Positions 14,292 through 27,800 of a stretch of 64,000 bases of DNA are shown piece after piece; the first letter of the stretch is position 1, and every line of letters starts with the position of its first letter. Source of the DNA: Candidatus Dormiibacterota bacterium (GTDB lineage Bacteria > Chloroflexota > Dormibacteria > Aeolococcales > Aeolococcaceae). The notes under the pieces were generated by a model. That model was not told the origin of the DNA. It worked only from the letters and a program-made list of their open reading frames with translations, and ran no database searches. The position numbers and the translations under genes were made by a program. Where the stretch lies: the NCBI GenBank assembly GCA_963756075.1, contig CAVWMH010000002.1, forward strand, positions 327,422-391,421, in the 5' to 3' direction.

Positions 14292-15814
14292 CGCAAGGTC
14301 ACCCCGGCGCCGGCCAGCGCGACCCGCCATCCGCCGTCATGCGCCCACGCCTCGGCGGCTTCGAGATCACCACTCAGGATGCGGTCGGCTGCGAGCGACG
14401 GGGCGCGCGTGCGCAGGGCGGCGATGACGGCACCGGTCGCCGCCGCGGGGCGGAGTGGATGTCGCATCTCGATCGCCTGAGACGCGGCCAGCACCTCGAT
14501 GGCGAGCACTGCGCGGAGCAGCCGCACCGAACGGCGAGTGCGCAGCGCCGCCTCGTACCCCATCGAGACATGGTCCTCCTGGCCCGCGCTGGTGGCCGCG
14601 CTCTGCACCGCGAACGGCGTCGCCGCGTGGCGGAGCGACGCGACCATGGCCGCGGCCGTGTACTGGGTGATCATCAGACCGCTGTTCAGCCCCGGCTCAG
14701 GACTGAGAAACGCGGGCAGGCCTCGCGAGCGCGCCGGGTCGAGCAGCCTGTCGACGCGGCGTTCGCTGATCGCGGCAACGTCGGCGCAGATCGACGCGAG
14801 CATGTCGGCCGCGTAGGCGAGCGCCTGTCCGTGGAAGTTGCCGGCGCTCACCACGTCGGCGCCGAGGATCACCGGGTTGTCGACAACACTGGCTAATTCA
14901 TGCTCGACGGTCGCACGGCAGAAGGCAGCGACGTCGCGCGCGGCGCCGTGCACCTGGGGCGCGCAGCGAAGCGAATACGCATCCTGGACGGCGTGGCGCG
15001 AGGGGCGGTGCGACGCGACGATCGGACTCCCCTGGAGCAACGCGCGCAGGTTCGCGGCCGAGTCCGCCTGCCCCTGCGCAGGACGCAGCGCCACCACGCG
15101 CTCGTCGTAGGCGACCGTCGTCCCCAATAACGCCTCGACGGCCAGCGCGCACGCGACGTCGGCGAGGCGGAGCAGGTCCTCGATGTCGTGCACCGCCAGC
15201 GCGAGCAGGCTCGTCATCGCGTCGGTCCCGTTGATGAGCGCGAGCCCTTCCTTGGGCTCGACATCGATCGGGGTCAGCCCGTGGGCGCGCATCGCGTCGG
15301 CGCCGGCGACACGATCGCCGCCTGGACCGGCGGTCCATCCCTGCCCGAGGAGCACGGTGGCGACCGCGGCGAGCGGCGCCAGGTCTCCGGACGCCCCGAG
15401 CGAGCCGTGCTCCGGAACCCAGGGGATGATGCCCGCCTCCAGGATTCCCAGCAGAGCTTCGACCAGCTCGACCCGGACGCCGGAGAGCCCCGCGGCAAGC
15501 GTGCGTGCGCGCAGCAGGATCATCCCGCGGACCACCTCGTCGTCGAGGCGAGGACCCGATCCCGCGGCGTGGCTGAGCACGACGGAGCGCTGGAGCAGGG
15601 CGCGATCCGCCGGGTCGACGGCGCGGTCCGCCAGGGCCCCGAACCCGGTGGTGACGCCGTAGACGACCTCGCCCTCGCGGTCGAGACGATCGACGACCTC
15701 ACGCGCCGGGCGCATCCGCGCCCGCACCCCTGGATCGAGGGCCACGGCCTCGCGCTCCCGGGCGGCGCGCACCACCGCATCGATGCTCAATGCGCCGCCG
15801 TCGACAGTGATCAT
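14288..15814 (-). CDS. hutH: histidine ammonia-lyase
   Basis: '[13 protein letters not shown]' with the ASG triad that forms the MIO cofactor. 508 aa. Confidence 0.95.
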
Positions 15815-15913
15815 TCGGCGAGCAGCCTACTCGACCATGGAGCCGTGCCTCGTGACCCGAGGCGGCGAGGCGGATCCGCGAACCGATAGCCCGCGCACGT
15901 ACGTTATGCGGAC

Positions 15914-17074
15914 GTGGATCCGCAGCCGGAACCCCCGCCTCTGACCGCGTCCGCCGCGTGGCCGGCGTTGCCGGCGGCGCCTCCCGCCTGGCCGGAGCCA
16001 GTGGCGTACCCGGCTCGCCGCTGGCCGGTCGTGGTGCTCGCCGCCTGCGTCATCCTCGCGGCTGCCGGCGGGATCACGCTTGGGGCCACCACCAGCACCT
16101 CATCGTCGTCGTCCACCGCCTCCAGCCTCGCGGCGGACGGCCAGTACGCCAAGGCGATCGCCATCGATGAGGCGATCGCCGGACGAGGCGGCCCGCTTGC
16201 CGCGCTGAACCCGGGCGCGGCCGGGGCCGCTCGATCGGCCGCTCAGCAGACGCTGATGGCCTGGGCCGCGGCGCTGGGCAGGACGGGCAGGGTGGATGTG
16301 GCCGTCTCGCTCTACCGGTCGGTGACCGCCCCGTCGTTGCGCAGGCGGGCGCTCGACGCACTGGCTGCACTGCTCCTCGCGACCGCCACCGCCGACGCCC
16401 GCCAGGGGCAGTACCCGAGCGCGATCCAGAGGCTCACCGAGATCGCGGCGATCGCCCCGGCGACGCCCGCGGGCGCGCAGGCCAAGCGACAGCTCCCGGT
16501 CGACCAGGCGGGCGAGGCGGGAGCGCTGGTGACCGCCGGGCGGGCGGCGGACGCGGTGGCGCTCCTGCAGACCGTGCTGACAGAGGCCTCGGCGGATGCA
16601 AGCAGGACCGCCATGAGCCTGCTCCCCGCGGCGCTGCTCGCCGCCGGACAGCAGGACCTGGCGCATGACTCCTATCAGGAGGCCGTGCAGACGCTTCAGC
16701 AGCTCGTGAACAGCTTCCCGAGCACCCCCGAGGCGGTGGAGGCGGGGGCGATGCTCCACGCGCCCCAGGTCGTGTCCGGCACGCTGGTCATGCACAGCGG
16801 CGCCCCCATCTCCGCGCGGGTTCGGCTCAGCTCCAACTACAAACCCGAGCCCGGCGGGACGTACCAGACAAGCGCGCCCTTCTACTACACGACCGCCGAC
16901 AGCGCAGGGGATTTCACCTTCAGCAGCGTGCCGATCGGAAAGTACGTGCTCGAGGTGCTCTCGAACGGCAACTGGACCACGCTCATCAACCCCAGCACGA
17001 ATCTGCCCGCCAACCCGGTATCGGTGACCGCACTGGTCCCCTTTGACCTGACGTTCGTGGTGCTCTCCCCGTAG
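15914..17074 (+). CDS. membrane-anchored TPR-like protein with C-terminal carboxypeptidase-regulatory-like beta-sandwich (TadD-like?)
   Basis: GTG start, Pro-rich N-terminus and one TM helix ('WPVVVLAACVILAAAGGI'). Ala-rich TPR-like repeats ('GQYAKAIAIDEAI', 'GQYPSAIQRLTEI', 'DSYQEAVQTLQQLV') and a C-terminal 'GDFTFSSVPIGKYVLEV' CarboxypepD_reg-type motif. Confidence 0.6.
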   Translation: MDPQPEPPPLTASAAWPALPAAPPAWPEPVAYPARRWPVVVLAACVILAAAGGITLGATTSTSSSSSTASSLAADGQYAKAIAIDEAIAGRGGPLAALNPGAAGAARSAAQQTLMAWAAALGRTGRVDVAVSLYRSVTAPSLRRRALDALAALLLATATADARQGQYPSAIQRLTEIAAIAPATPAGAQAKRQLPVDQAGEAGALVTAGRAADAVALLQTVLTEASADASRTAMSLLPAALLAAGQQDLAHDSYQEAVQTLQQLVNSFPSTPEAVEAGAMLHAPQVVSGTLVMHSGAPISARVRLSSNYKPEPGGTYQTSAPFYYTTADSAGDFTFSSVPIGKYVLEVLSNGNWTTLINPSTNLPANPVSVTALVPFDLTFVVLSP

Positions 17075-17105
17075 GGACCATCCAGCCGGGTACGATGTCC
17101 AGGAG

Positions 17106-17733
17106 ATGGGAGGGGAGTTCGAGGGAGTAGTGCGTCCTCGACGTTTGCCCCGAACCCGAAGCGGCCAGGCGCTCGTCGAATTCGCGGTCGTGCTCCCGCT
17201 GTTCCTGTTCTGCCTGATCGGTGCTCTCGATGCGGGTCTCTGGGCGGTGCAGACATCGGCCGAGGTCTCAGCCGTGGAGCAGGCCGCGATGGTCGCGTCG
17301 TCGGCGGGCGCCAGCCCCACCTCGGAGACCGCACCCGATGCTCGCGCGGTCCTGGCGTCCATCTCGAGCCGGCTCCGCAGCGCGCTCTTCGGTACAACGA
17401 TCAAGAGCTGGTGCGCGACCAACACCAGCGGCGATTGCGCGCCGGATGCCACGCAGCGGTGCCCGGCGACGCCCGCGGAGGTGCAGGACGTGGACGGTCC
17501 ACGAGTGGTCGTCGTGTGCGTGAGCGAGGCCGACCCGCCCGGCGTGCACAACCCCGCCGCCCGGACAGGTTGCGCCGTATCCGCCCGGCTGCGAGGACTC
17601 GCCGATGATCACCGTGCGCGTCGTCGGTTTCGTCGCGTCATTCGTGCCGCCGGGCTTCGGTCCGGGGGCGACGGGCTTCGAGCTCCCGGCGAACATCTCG
17701 GCAACGACTCACACGCTCCGATTCGCTCCGTGA
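17106..17733 (+). pseudogene. TadE-like pilus-assembly (pseudopilin-like) protein, apparent frameshift near 17540
   Basis: TadE N-terminal motif 'GQALVEFAVVLPLFLFCLIGALDAGLW'. After '..CVSEADPP' a sensible sequence continues in the +1 frame ('CTTPPPGQVAPYPPGCEDSPMITVRVVGFVASFVPPG...TLRFAP*', stop 17731-17733). Confidence 0.62.
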
Positions 17734-18362
17734 CGCGCCGCAGGCGGCGCGGCACCAACGCTCAGGCCGTCCTCGAGACCGCGCTGGTCATCCCCATCCT
17801 GCTGTTTCTCGTCTGCAATTTCATCGCGGTGATGGTGCAGGTCACGGTGCAGGAGCAGCTCAATTCGGCCACCGCACTCGCGGCGCAATCGCGGTTCCAG
17901 GCTCCTGAGAATGCGATCGATCCGGCGGGCACACGCTGCTGCGGCGCACATGGAACTGCTCTTGCCACCGCCGGCTTGCCCACCGGTTGCCGGTACGCCG
18001 CCGAGACCTTTTACGGAACCATGACGACGTACACCGGACTGCTTCACTGGCAGCAGGCGACCCTCTGCACGTCCGGCGGCGACAGCGGGAACGCCGCCAA
18101 TCCTCCGGCGCAACCGGTGGCATACGCGGGATCGCCGTCGAACGCGGAGGTGTCGTGCGACATCGGCTCCATCAAGTCCGGCGGCACTGTGATTCCCGGG
18201 TACGTGGACCGGTCGCTCAACCCGCCCGCCGGTCTCGACGTCGTGACGTGCAGCGCCTCGGCTTCTCTTGACTTCGCGAACACGCCACTGGCCTGGGGTG
18301 TGTTCTGGACTCCGACGCTGCACGCGCAGGCCGAGGCGCTCCCGCCTCCGTTCCGTCAGTGA
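17730..18362 (+). CDS. TadE-like pilus-assembly (pseudopilin-like) protein
   Basis: GTG at 17730 forms a GTGA overlap with the upstream stop. Second TadE motif 'NAQAVLETALVIPILLFLVCNFIAVMV'. Cys-rich extracytoplasmic part. Confidence 0.65.
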   Translation: MTRRRRRGTNAQAVLETALVIPILLFLVCNFIAVMVQVTVQEQLNSATALAAQSRFQAPENAIDPAGTRCCGAHGTALATAGLPTGCRYAAETFYGTMTTYTGLLHWQQATLCTSGGDSGNAANPPAQPVAYAGSPSNAEVSCDIGSIKSGGTVIPGYVDRSLNPPAGLDVVTCSASASLDFANTPLAWGVFWTPTLHAQAEALPPPFRQ

Positions 18363-18971
18363 CGTTGCGGCGCTTTCGCGTGGTGCGGGGCGCGCACCAG
18401 CGTGGCCAGACCCTGATCATCTTCGCGCTTGGTTTCACCCTCTTCCTGTTCAGCCTCACGTGCCTGGTCGCTGACGCCGCCGCCCTCTACGTGTGGTCGG
18501 GCCGCGTGCAAACCGCCGCGCAGCTTGGCGCGCAATCGGGTGCGGACGCGGTCGATCCGAGGTATCTGTACAACGCGACCGCCGCATGCCCGCACGGAGC
18601 GCCAGGCGCGTGCGCCGTGCCGATCGTGGACGTCAGCGCGCAGGATCGCAGCGGCGCGCTCTATGCATTTCAGACGCGCATGCATCGAGGCCGCCGACCA
18701 GTCGGCGCAGGTGCCGGTCGACGCCGCCAACCCGCTCGTGCTGAAGACGGCGGACGACCCGCAGGTGCCGGACGGCACGTGGTGCGCCAGCGACGGATGC
18801 CATGTGTACGCGGAGATCTCGCGCGTGGTGCACCTTCCGATACCGTTTCCGGGATTTCCCGCGACGATCACGGTGCGCGGCACCGGCTACGCGGCGCCGG
18901 TCGCCGGCACGAACGTCGCGACGTCAACGTGCACCGGGATCGCCTGGGTACCCGCGCCCCCGCCGCGCTGA
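18359..18971 (+). pseudogene. TadG-like (Flp pilus-assembly TadG N-terminal domain) protein, apparent frameshift near 18680
   Basis: 'RGQTLIIFALGFTLFLFSLTCLVADAAALYVWSGRVQTAAQLGAQSGADAV' matches the TadG-like N-terminal pattern. After 'LYAFQTR' the plausible sequence continues in the frame of ORF 18429..18971 ('CIEAADQSAQVPVDAANP...ITVRGTGYAAPVAG'). Confidence 0.62.
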
Positions 18972-19006
18972 GCGTCTCCACGTCATGACGTCGCTAAGCT
19001 CGGACG

Positions 19007-20050
19007 ATGCTCGTTCGTGAACCGGCCCTGTGGCGGGACATTCCGGTGCGCGGAGACATCCTCGATGCGTCGGCGCGCGAGCTCACCGGTCTTGAAGCGC
19101 TGCGCACGGTTCGTGCGCAACCGCCGATGGGCCGGCTGACGGGACTGACGTTCGACGGCGCCGACGAGGGCACGGCCGCATTCAGCTTGCCGGTGTCGCG
19201 CTGGTTCGAGTGGTCGCACGGCGGCGTGCCCGGAGGCGTGCTCGCGCTTTCGGCGGATGCCGCTCTCGGGTGCGCGCTCCAATCGCGGCTCCCGGCGCAC
19301 ACCCAGTACACGACTGCCGAGATGTCGCTCACGTACGTGCGTCCCGCGCAGATCGGCACGACGGCCGCGGCGCACGCGCGAGAGCTGCACACGGGTCGAA
19401 CGCTGGGGCTCTCGGTGGGCGAGGTCGTCGACGCAGATGGCAGGCTGATCGCGTACGCGACATCGCGGATGCGCATCTTTCGCGAGGCTGCCTCAGGTGC
19501 TCCTTCGCGGGGCGGGACGGCGGCGCCGCCACCGCGTCCAAACCGGACACCCAGCCTCGACGACGGTCCCGACCCGTATCTCCGACCCGTGGCAGGCGAA
19601 CGCATCGACGAGCGCGAATTCCTTGCGCGCAGTGGGGTTGAGATCATCCACGCACAGATTCGCGGCGACCTGCCGCTTCCTCCGATGCATCACCTGCTCG
19701 GCATCACCCCGACCGAGGCCACGCTCGGGGCTGCGACGTGCGCGATGCCGCTGAGCGGCTGGCTCGCGACGCCGTTCGGCTGGCCGCAGGGCGGCTTCAT
19801 CGTGCTGCTCGCTGATCTCGCGCTGGCCCTCGCGACCCAGACCACCCTCGCCAAGGGTGAGGGGATGGCGTCGGTGGACATCAAGGTGAACTTCCTTCGC
19901 CCCGTCGCCGGGGACGGCAGCACGCTGGAAGCGCGGGCCAAGGTCGTGCATCGCGGCCGCAGCCTGACCGTCGGCACCGCCGAGGTGCTCGGCGCCGACG
20001 GCCGGCCCGTGGCCCTCGCCACGGGCTCGGCCGCGCTGCTCGGAACCTGA
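19007..20050 (+). CDS. double hot-dog fold thioesterase (PaaI/YbgC-like, two domains)
   Basis: Two repeated PaaI-type segments: '...HGGVPGGVLALSADAALGCAL...GRTLGLSVGEVVDADGRLIAYATSRM' and '...GGFIVLLADLALALA...GRSLTVGTAEVLGADGRPVALATGS'. Confidence 0.75.
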   Translation: MLVREPALWRDIPVRGDILDASARELTGLEALRTVRAQPPMGRLTGLTFDGADEGTAAFSLPVSRWFEWSHGGVPGGVLALSADAALGCALQSRLPAHTQYTTAEMSLTYVRPAQIGTTAAAHARELHTGRTLGLSVGEVVDADGRLIAYATSRMRIFREAASGAPSRGGTAAPPPRPNRTPSLDDGPDPYLRPVAGERIDEREFLARSGVEIIHAQIRGDLPLPPMHHLLGITPTEATLGAATCAMPLSGWLATPFGWPQGGFIVLLADLALALATQTTLAKGEGMASVDIKVNFLRPVAGDGSTLEARAKVVHRGRSLTVGTAEVLGADGRPVALATGSAALLGT

Positions 20051-20052
20051 GG

Positions 20053-21741
20053 TCAGGCGATCTCTCGTTCGCCTGGCTCGATCCGCGGGCGGCGGGCATC
20101 GGGCCCCTGCACACGGACGCCGAGGTCGCGCGCGATCTGCCGGCCGTCGGGGCTGCCCCACCCGCTGGCGAGGTCCCAGCCGCGCCCCGCACGGTACGGG
20201 CCGCCGGTATCGCCCGACGTCACGTCGTTGAAGCCCCGCCCCCGTTTGGCGTAGAGCGCCGGATGCGGCAGGCCGATCCTGTGTCCCAGCTGCGAGGACA
20301 CGAGCGTCCAGAGTGCCGTGTACATGGGGGCAACCGCGCTGGTGCCGCCGGTCGCCCGGAGACGTCGCAGCGCGACGACGTTCCACCCGGTGAGTGGGTC
20401 GGCGTTGCCGGCGCCGTCGGGGAGTCCCCGGCCGAGCGTGCCACCGTCGGCCGATCGTGGACGGATCCCGAGCGCCGCTTGATACGCGGGCACGGGGAAC
20501 ACGCTGCTGACGCCGCTTCCCGCGGCGCCCGCGCCGCGCGCCAACTCGTTCCACACGGTCTCGGTCCGGATGCGTCCGCGGGCAGCGAGCAGGGTGGTGC
20601 CGCCGCAGGCCCACGCGTGCGGGCTCGACGCCGGGAACTCAGGGTGCTGGTATCCGTCGACCTCTGCGTTGGTCGACCCGGCGTCACCGGCCGCGGCGCT
20701 GAAGGTCACCCCGTGGAGGGCCCCCGCCGCGAAGGCCGCATCGAGGCCGCGCATGCCTTGCGGCGACCAGTGATCCTCGGGCGCACCCCAGCTGATCGAC
20801 ACCGCGGCCGGGCGTCGCATGGCGTCGCTCGCGGCGGTCGCGGCCGCGTCGATGAACCCGCGCTCGCTGTTGGGTGCGTTGTAGCTGACGATGGTGAGGT
20901 GTGCCTTGGGTGCCATCGCGGCAACCATGCCGCCGATCACCTGGTAGTCGAGCGCCACCTCGACGTCGGCGCCGTTCGGATCCGGGGTCGGGGTCGCACC
21001 GTCCAGCCAGACGTTGGTGATGTCCGGCGCGGGCAGTCCGAGGCGCGCGAACGAAGCCGCCAGGTCGAAGGGATGCACGACGCCGCCGAGCTCGATCATG
21101 GCCGCAACCAGCTCGACACCCTCGCCGCCGTTGGCGAGACGCGGGAAGTCGTAGAGCGACGCGAGCTGCGGCGGGTCGTACGCGAACACCGCCGAGCGAC
21201 CGTCATCGAGCCCGCGCACGTGCGAGCGCGCCAGGGGCCTGTCATCGAGGCCGTAGACGCCTTCGACAACGTGATCGAGATGAGCGGGGAGATGCACCGG
21301 GCCTGCATGTCCGCGGTACTCGACGTTGCGCCCGTCCGGCAACTGCCAGCCGAATCGCTCCAGGTCGACGTCGAAGGCGCGGGAAAGCTGCCCGGCGCTG
21401 CCGCGGAGCAACACCCGCCGGGTGGCGGCGTCCTCGCCGGTGACCTGCAGACCGGCCGCGCCGGCCCAGCGCACCACTCGATCCCTGTCGGCGGGGTCGA
21501 AGCCATGACGCGCGGTCAGCTGATTGATGTCCATGTGGCGCGCGCTCCGGTCCGGGAGCGACTCCAACCAGGCGAGGCTCTGCGCCGTGGTGGGCCCACC
21601 CGTGCGCTCGCGCAGCATGAGTGTGACGCCGGCGTCGGCCTGCAACTCCGCCTCGTCGAGCTTCCTGAGACGTCGGTGGCCGGGGCGGGTCCCGCCGGTG
21701 GGGTGGTAGGCGCTGCCGCGCAGCGGAACGGAGTCGGGCAT
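20053..21741 (-). CDS. S53 family serine peptidase (sedolisin/kumamolisin-like) with pro-kumamolisin activation domain
   Basis: ORF 20053..21816 trimmed to the ATG at 21741. N-terminal activation-domain-like region and the catalytic Ser motif 'GGTSAVAPMYTALW'. Confidence 0.85.
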   Translation of the reverse strand: MPDSVPLRGSAYHPTGGTRPGHRRLRKLDEAELQADAGVTLMLRERTGGPTTAQSLAWLESLPDRSARHMDINQLTARHGFDPADRDRVVRWAGAAGLQVTGEDAATRRVLLRGSAGQLSRAFDVDLERFGWQLPDGRNVEYRGHAGPVHLPAHLDHVVEGVYGLDDRPLARSHVRGLDDGRSAVFAYDPPQLASLYDFPRLANGGEGVELVAAMIELGGVVHPFDLAASFARLGLPAPDITNVWLDGATPTPDPNGADVEVALDYQVIGGMVAAMAPKAHLTIVSYNAPNSERGFIDAAATAASDAMRRPAAVSISWGAPEDHWSPQGMRGLDAAFAAGALHGVTFSAAAGDAGSTNAEVDGYQHPEFPASSPHAWACGGTTLLAARGRIRTETVWNELARGAGAAGSGVSSVFPVPAYQAALGIRPRSADGGTLGRGLPDGAGNADPLTGWNVVALRRLRATGGTSAVAPMYTALWTLVSSQLGHRIGLPHPALYAKRGRGFNDVTSGDTGGPYRAGRGWDLASGWGSPDGRQIARDLGVRVQGPDARRPRIEPGEREIA

Positions 21742-21873
21742 GGTCGGCCCCCTCTCGAGGACATCGGGCGGGCGCCGCCGTTGCGGCGGCGCTGCATCCC
21801 GACGCGGAGCCGCCAATCATCCAGGGGCGATTCGGACATCTCGGGGACGTCCAGATGCGACTCCGGACCGCAG

Positions 21874-24857
<2,984 letters not shown>

Positions 24858-24897
24858 AGCTGTCCCGCTGACGGAAGAATGAGCGAAGAGGACTTGC

Positions 24898-26160
24898 CTA
24901 CGCCACCTGGATCATCGTCGGCGTCGATTTCCGCGCCGCACGACCGGTGTCAGCCCACCCATAGATGGTGGCGGCGAGCGCGATGGCACCGGCGACGAAG
25001 AAGGCCAACTCGCTGCCGCCCACCTCGGCGAGCCAGCCGGCGAGCAGACCTCCCAGAGGTGCCGTGCCGAAAAAGACGTACCCGTAGATGCCGAGGATGC
25101 GTCCGCGCATCTGATCGGTGACCGCGAGCTGCAGCGATGCGTTCGCCTGCGACGAGTACAGCGTGAACGCGATGCCGGTCACGACCAGCGCAAGGCCCGC
25201 AGCCCACACGACGTGCAGTGGAGCAAGCGCGATCTCCGACACCGAGAAGAGCGCGGCGCCGATCAGCATCGTGTGCCGGCTTGCGCGCCCGAGCGATGCG
25301 GAGAACAGGGCGCCAACCAGCGCTCCAAAGCCGAAGAGTGCCGAGAGGATGCCGAAGATCTCCGGCCCGCTGTTGAGCGTTCGCGAAGCAAGGACGGGCA
25401 GGAGCACGTTGAAGTTGATGCTGATCGTCGCGATCACCAGCATCATCACGAGCACCGAGCGGATCACCGGCATGCGCCACGCGAACTTCAGCCCTTCGAG
25501 CGAGCCACGCAGCACGTTCTGGTTGCGCTGATCCTTGCGAACTGGAAACAGCCGGTCCACGCGCATCAGCCACAGTGCGGCCAGGACGGCGAAATAGCTG
25601 AGGGCGTTGATGAGGAAGCAGATGCCGACCCCGGCCACCGCGATGAGCCCGCCCGCGATTGCGGGCCCGACGATGCGTGAGGCGTTGAAGAGACTGGAGT
25701 TCAACGCCACGGCGTTGGGCAGCTCGTCGCGCCCGACCATCTGGATGGTGAACGCCTGCCGAACCGGATTGTCGAGCACCGTGATCATTCCAGTGATGCC
25801 CGCGATGACGTACACCTCCCAGACCGTGGCGTGTCCGGTGAGCGTGAGTCCGGCGAGAAGCGCGGCCGTGAACATGAACGCCGCCTGCGTGCCGATCAAA
25901 ACCTTGCGTTGATCGAGGCGGTCCGCAAATGCGCCGCCGAACAGCCCGAACAATCCGTACGGCCCGAACTGGCAGACCGCGAGCAGGCCGACGGCGAGCG
26001 GCGAGTGAGTGTTCTGGACGACGAACCACGCCTGCGCGACGCTCTGCATCCACGTGCCGCTGATGGATACGACCTGTCCGAAGAAATACAGGCGGTAGTT
26101 GTAGTGGCGGCGCAGGCTCATGAAGGTCCGCGCGGTGGCGTTGCGGATCCCCAGGCTCAT
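24898..26160 (-). CDS. MFS transporter (EntS/MFS_3-like efflux type)
   Basis: ORF 24898..26394 trimmed to the ATG at 26160 (ATGA overlap with the marR stop). About 12 predicted TM helices. '[26 protein letters not shown]' is typical of this MFS subfamily. Confidence 0.88.
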   Translation of the reverse strand: MSLGIRNATARTFMSLRRHYNYRLYFFGQVVSISGTWMQSVAQAWFVVQNTHSPLAVGLLAVCQFGPYGLFGLFGGAFADRLDQRKVLIGTQAAFMFTAALLAGLTLTGHATVWEVYVIAGITGMITVLDNPVRQAFTIQMVGRDELPNAVALNSSLFNASRIVGPAIAGGLIAVAGVGICFLINALSYFAVLAALWLMRVDRLFPVRKDQRNQNVLRGSLEGLKFAWRMPVIRSVLVMMLVIATISINFNVLLPVLASRTLNSGPEIFGILSALFGFGALVGALFSASLGRASRHTMLIGAALFSVSEIALAPLHVVWAAGLALVVTGIAFTLYSSQANASLQLAVTDQMRGRILGIYGYVFFGTAPLGGLLAGWLAEVGGSELAFFVAGAIALAATIYGWADTGRAARKSTPTMIQVA

Positions 26161-26597
26161 TCCGCCTGATCCAGCAGCGCCGCGAGCGGCGCGATGGCGG
26201 CGGCGATCGCGGCGAGGTCGGTGCCGGCGAGCCGGCTGAGCCGGGCCGACAGCCAGGCGGTTCGCTTGGATCGAATCACCTTGAGCACGCGCTGGCCTTC
26301 CGGGGTGACTTCGAGGTCCACCCTGCGCCGGTCGCGTTCGGCCTGGCGGCGCGTCACCAGGCCGGACGCCTCGAGGCGGTCGATGTGACTGCACACCGAC
26401 GGCATCGATGTCCCTTCGCGAGCGGCGAGCTCGGCGACCCCGATCCCGGGGTTCCCCTCGATCAAACCGAGGAGGGAGAGCTGCCCGGGCGACACGCCGG
26501 ACGTGTGCACCTCGCGGCGCAGATGGCGGTTCAGGTGGAGCAGCACCGGTCTCAGCTGGTTGGCGATGTCGACGGGTTGGATGGCGGTGGCGGTCAT
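26157..26597 (-). CDS. MarR-family transcriptional regulator
   Basis: 146 aa with a winged-helix core: '...LSLLGLIEGNPGIGVAELAAREGTSMPSVCSHIDRLEASGLVTRRQAERDRRRV'. Confidence 0.92.
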   Translation of the reverse strand: MTATAIQPVDIANQLRPVLLHLNRHLRREVHTSGVSPGQLSLLGLIEGNPGIGVAELAAREGTSMPSVCSHIDRLEASGLVTRRQAERDRRRVDLEVTPEGQRVLKVIRSKRTAWLSARLSRLAGTDLAAIAAAIAPLAALLDQAE

Positions 26598-26603
26598 GAT
26601 CTG

Positions 26604-26637
26604 AATTGATTATATAACCTAACTAATTTTCTGGCAA
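26604..26637 (-). promoter_or_regulatory. near-consensus promoter TTGCCA-17 nt-TATAAT for marR, overlapped by an imperfect inverted repeat (candidate MarR operator)
   Basis: On the minus strand, TTGCCA is the complement of 26632-26637 and TATAAT the complement of 26609-26614, with a 17-nt spacer; the -10 ends 11 nt before the ATG. Imperfect IR AATTGATTA (26604-26612) / TAACTAATT (26620-26628). This is the only strongly AT-rich patch in this part of the window. Confidence 0.55.
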
Positions 26638-26723
26638 CCCCGGCTCAGCACCCGTCGGGAACCCGGCGACGGTCCCCGGCGTCTCCGTCTCCGCACGATG
26701 TGAACCCGATTGGAGGACCTCAG

Positions 26724-27800
26724 ATGCGCAAGTTCCTGTTCGCCGGCATGGGTGTTGCCGCCGCGGTCGTCGCCCAGGCGGGGCAGGTCTTCGCATGCGG
26801 CGGGTTGGTCGCGCCTGACGGTGACGTCCGTCTCGCCAAGGCGACGACGTTCATCGCGTGGTCGGGCGGCGTCGAGCGCTATGTCACGAGCTTCGCGTTC
26901 ACCGGCGCGGTGACCGATGTGGGTTGGATCGTCCCGCTCCCCGCCGTCCCGACGTCGATCAAGGAAGCGGGCGCGTGGACGCTCCAGCGTCTCGAGCGCG
27001 AGTTCGCACCCGTGTTTCCCGAAGATCAGCTGGCCTTCGCGTCGGCTGCTTCGGGCGCTCCGGCGACGGTCATCGAGCAGGTGCAGGTCGAGGCACTCGA
27101 CGTCACCGTCCTCAAGGGAAGCGGTCAGGCGGTCATCGACTGGTGCACGCACAACGGATTCCTCGTGTCGCCCGAGATCAAGGACCACCTGCTCCGCTAC
27201 GCGACCTCCAGCCCGATATTCATGGCGGCGAAATACAACACGTCACTGGCACTGGAGCGCCATCAGCAGGCGGGTGACGGCGTACCGCTGTTGATCACCA
27301 TGCACACCCCCCACCTCTGGGTTCCGCTCGAGATCCTCGCGACGCCGGGAGCACCGGTCAACGCCGATCTGTTCCTGCTCACCGACCAACCGCTGCGCAC
27401 TGACGGCGGGGTGCTGGTGACGTCCAGGCTCACCCACGGCACCCTCGACAGCGCACAGGGCTTCAGCCTGGCGGGTGCCGAGCCGATGAACGCAAGCCTG
27501 CACCACGACCTGTCCATCGACAGGAACATGTCGTGGGTGCCTGCGCACGGGTGGCTGACCTACCTCACCCTGAACGCCCCCGGCGCGCAGGTCACCTACG
27601 ACCTCGGGATTGGAGCTGACAACGTCATCAAGCTCACGTCGTTCGGCGCGCCTGCGGCGGATCTCGGCGCCAACGCGACGATTCCGGTGGCGCCCGACCC
27701 GACCGACCTGCTCTTCCCCGCCGTGCTCATCGCGGGCACGATGATCATCGTGATCCCCGTGTCCGTCTGGCAGCTCCGGCCGCGTCGCGTCAGAGGTTGA
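26724..27800 (+). CDS. exported protein, DUF2330-like, with C-terminal TM anchor
   Basis: ATG at 26724 (MRKFLFAGMGVAAAVVAQAGQVFACGG: signal peptide followed by an ACGG motif). Hydrophobic C-terminal helix followed by basic residues. The family call is from memory only. Confidence 0.6.
   Translation: MRKFLFAGMGVAAAVVAQAGQVFACGGLVAPDGDVRLAKATTFIAWSGGVERYVTSFAFTGAVTDVGWIVPLPAVPTSIKEAGAWTLQRLEREFAPVFPEDQLAFASAASGAPATVIEQVQVEALDVTVLKGSGQAVIDWCTHNGFLVSPEIKDHLLRYATSSPIFMAAKYNTSLALERHQQAGDGVPLLITMHTPHLWVPLEILATPGAPVNADLFLLTDQPLRTDGGVLVTSRLTHGTLDSAQGFSLAGAEPMNASLHHDLSIDRNMSWVPAHGWLTYLTLNAPGAQVTYDLGIGADNVIKLTSFGAPAADLGANATIPVAPDPTDLLFPAVLIAGTMIIVIPVSVWQLRPRRVRG

Noticed and set aside
16100-17551. Very long ORFs lying opposite, or out of frame, to well-supported genes. 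Examples: 16100..17551(-), 20263..22017(+), 22321..23772(+), 33581..34891(-), 35490..36752(-), 9138..10559(+), 62045..63175(-).
   Set aside because: Their translations are Arg/Pro/Gly/Ala-rich and low in complexity, with no recognisable motifs. Each overlaps a gene with clear family signatures. They are typical shadow ORFs of high-GC DNA, where stop codons are rare.
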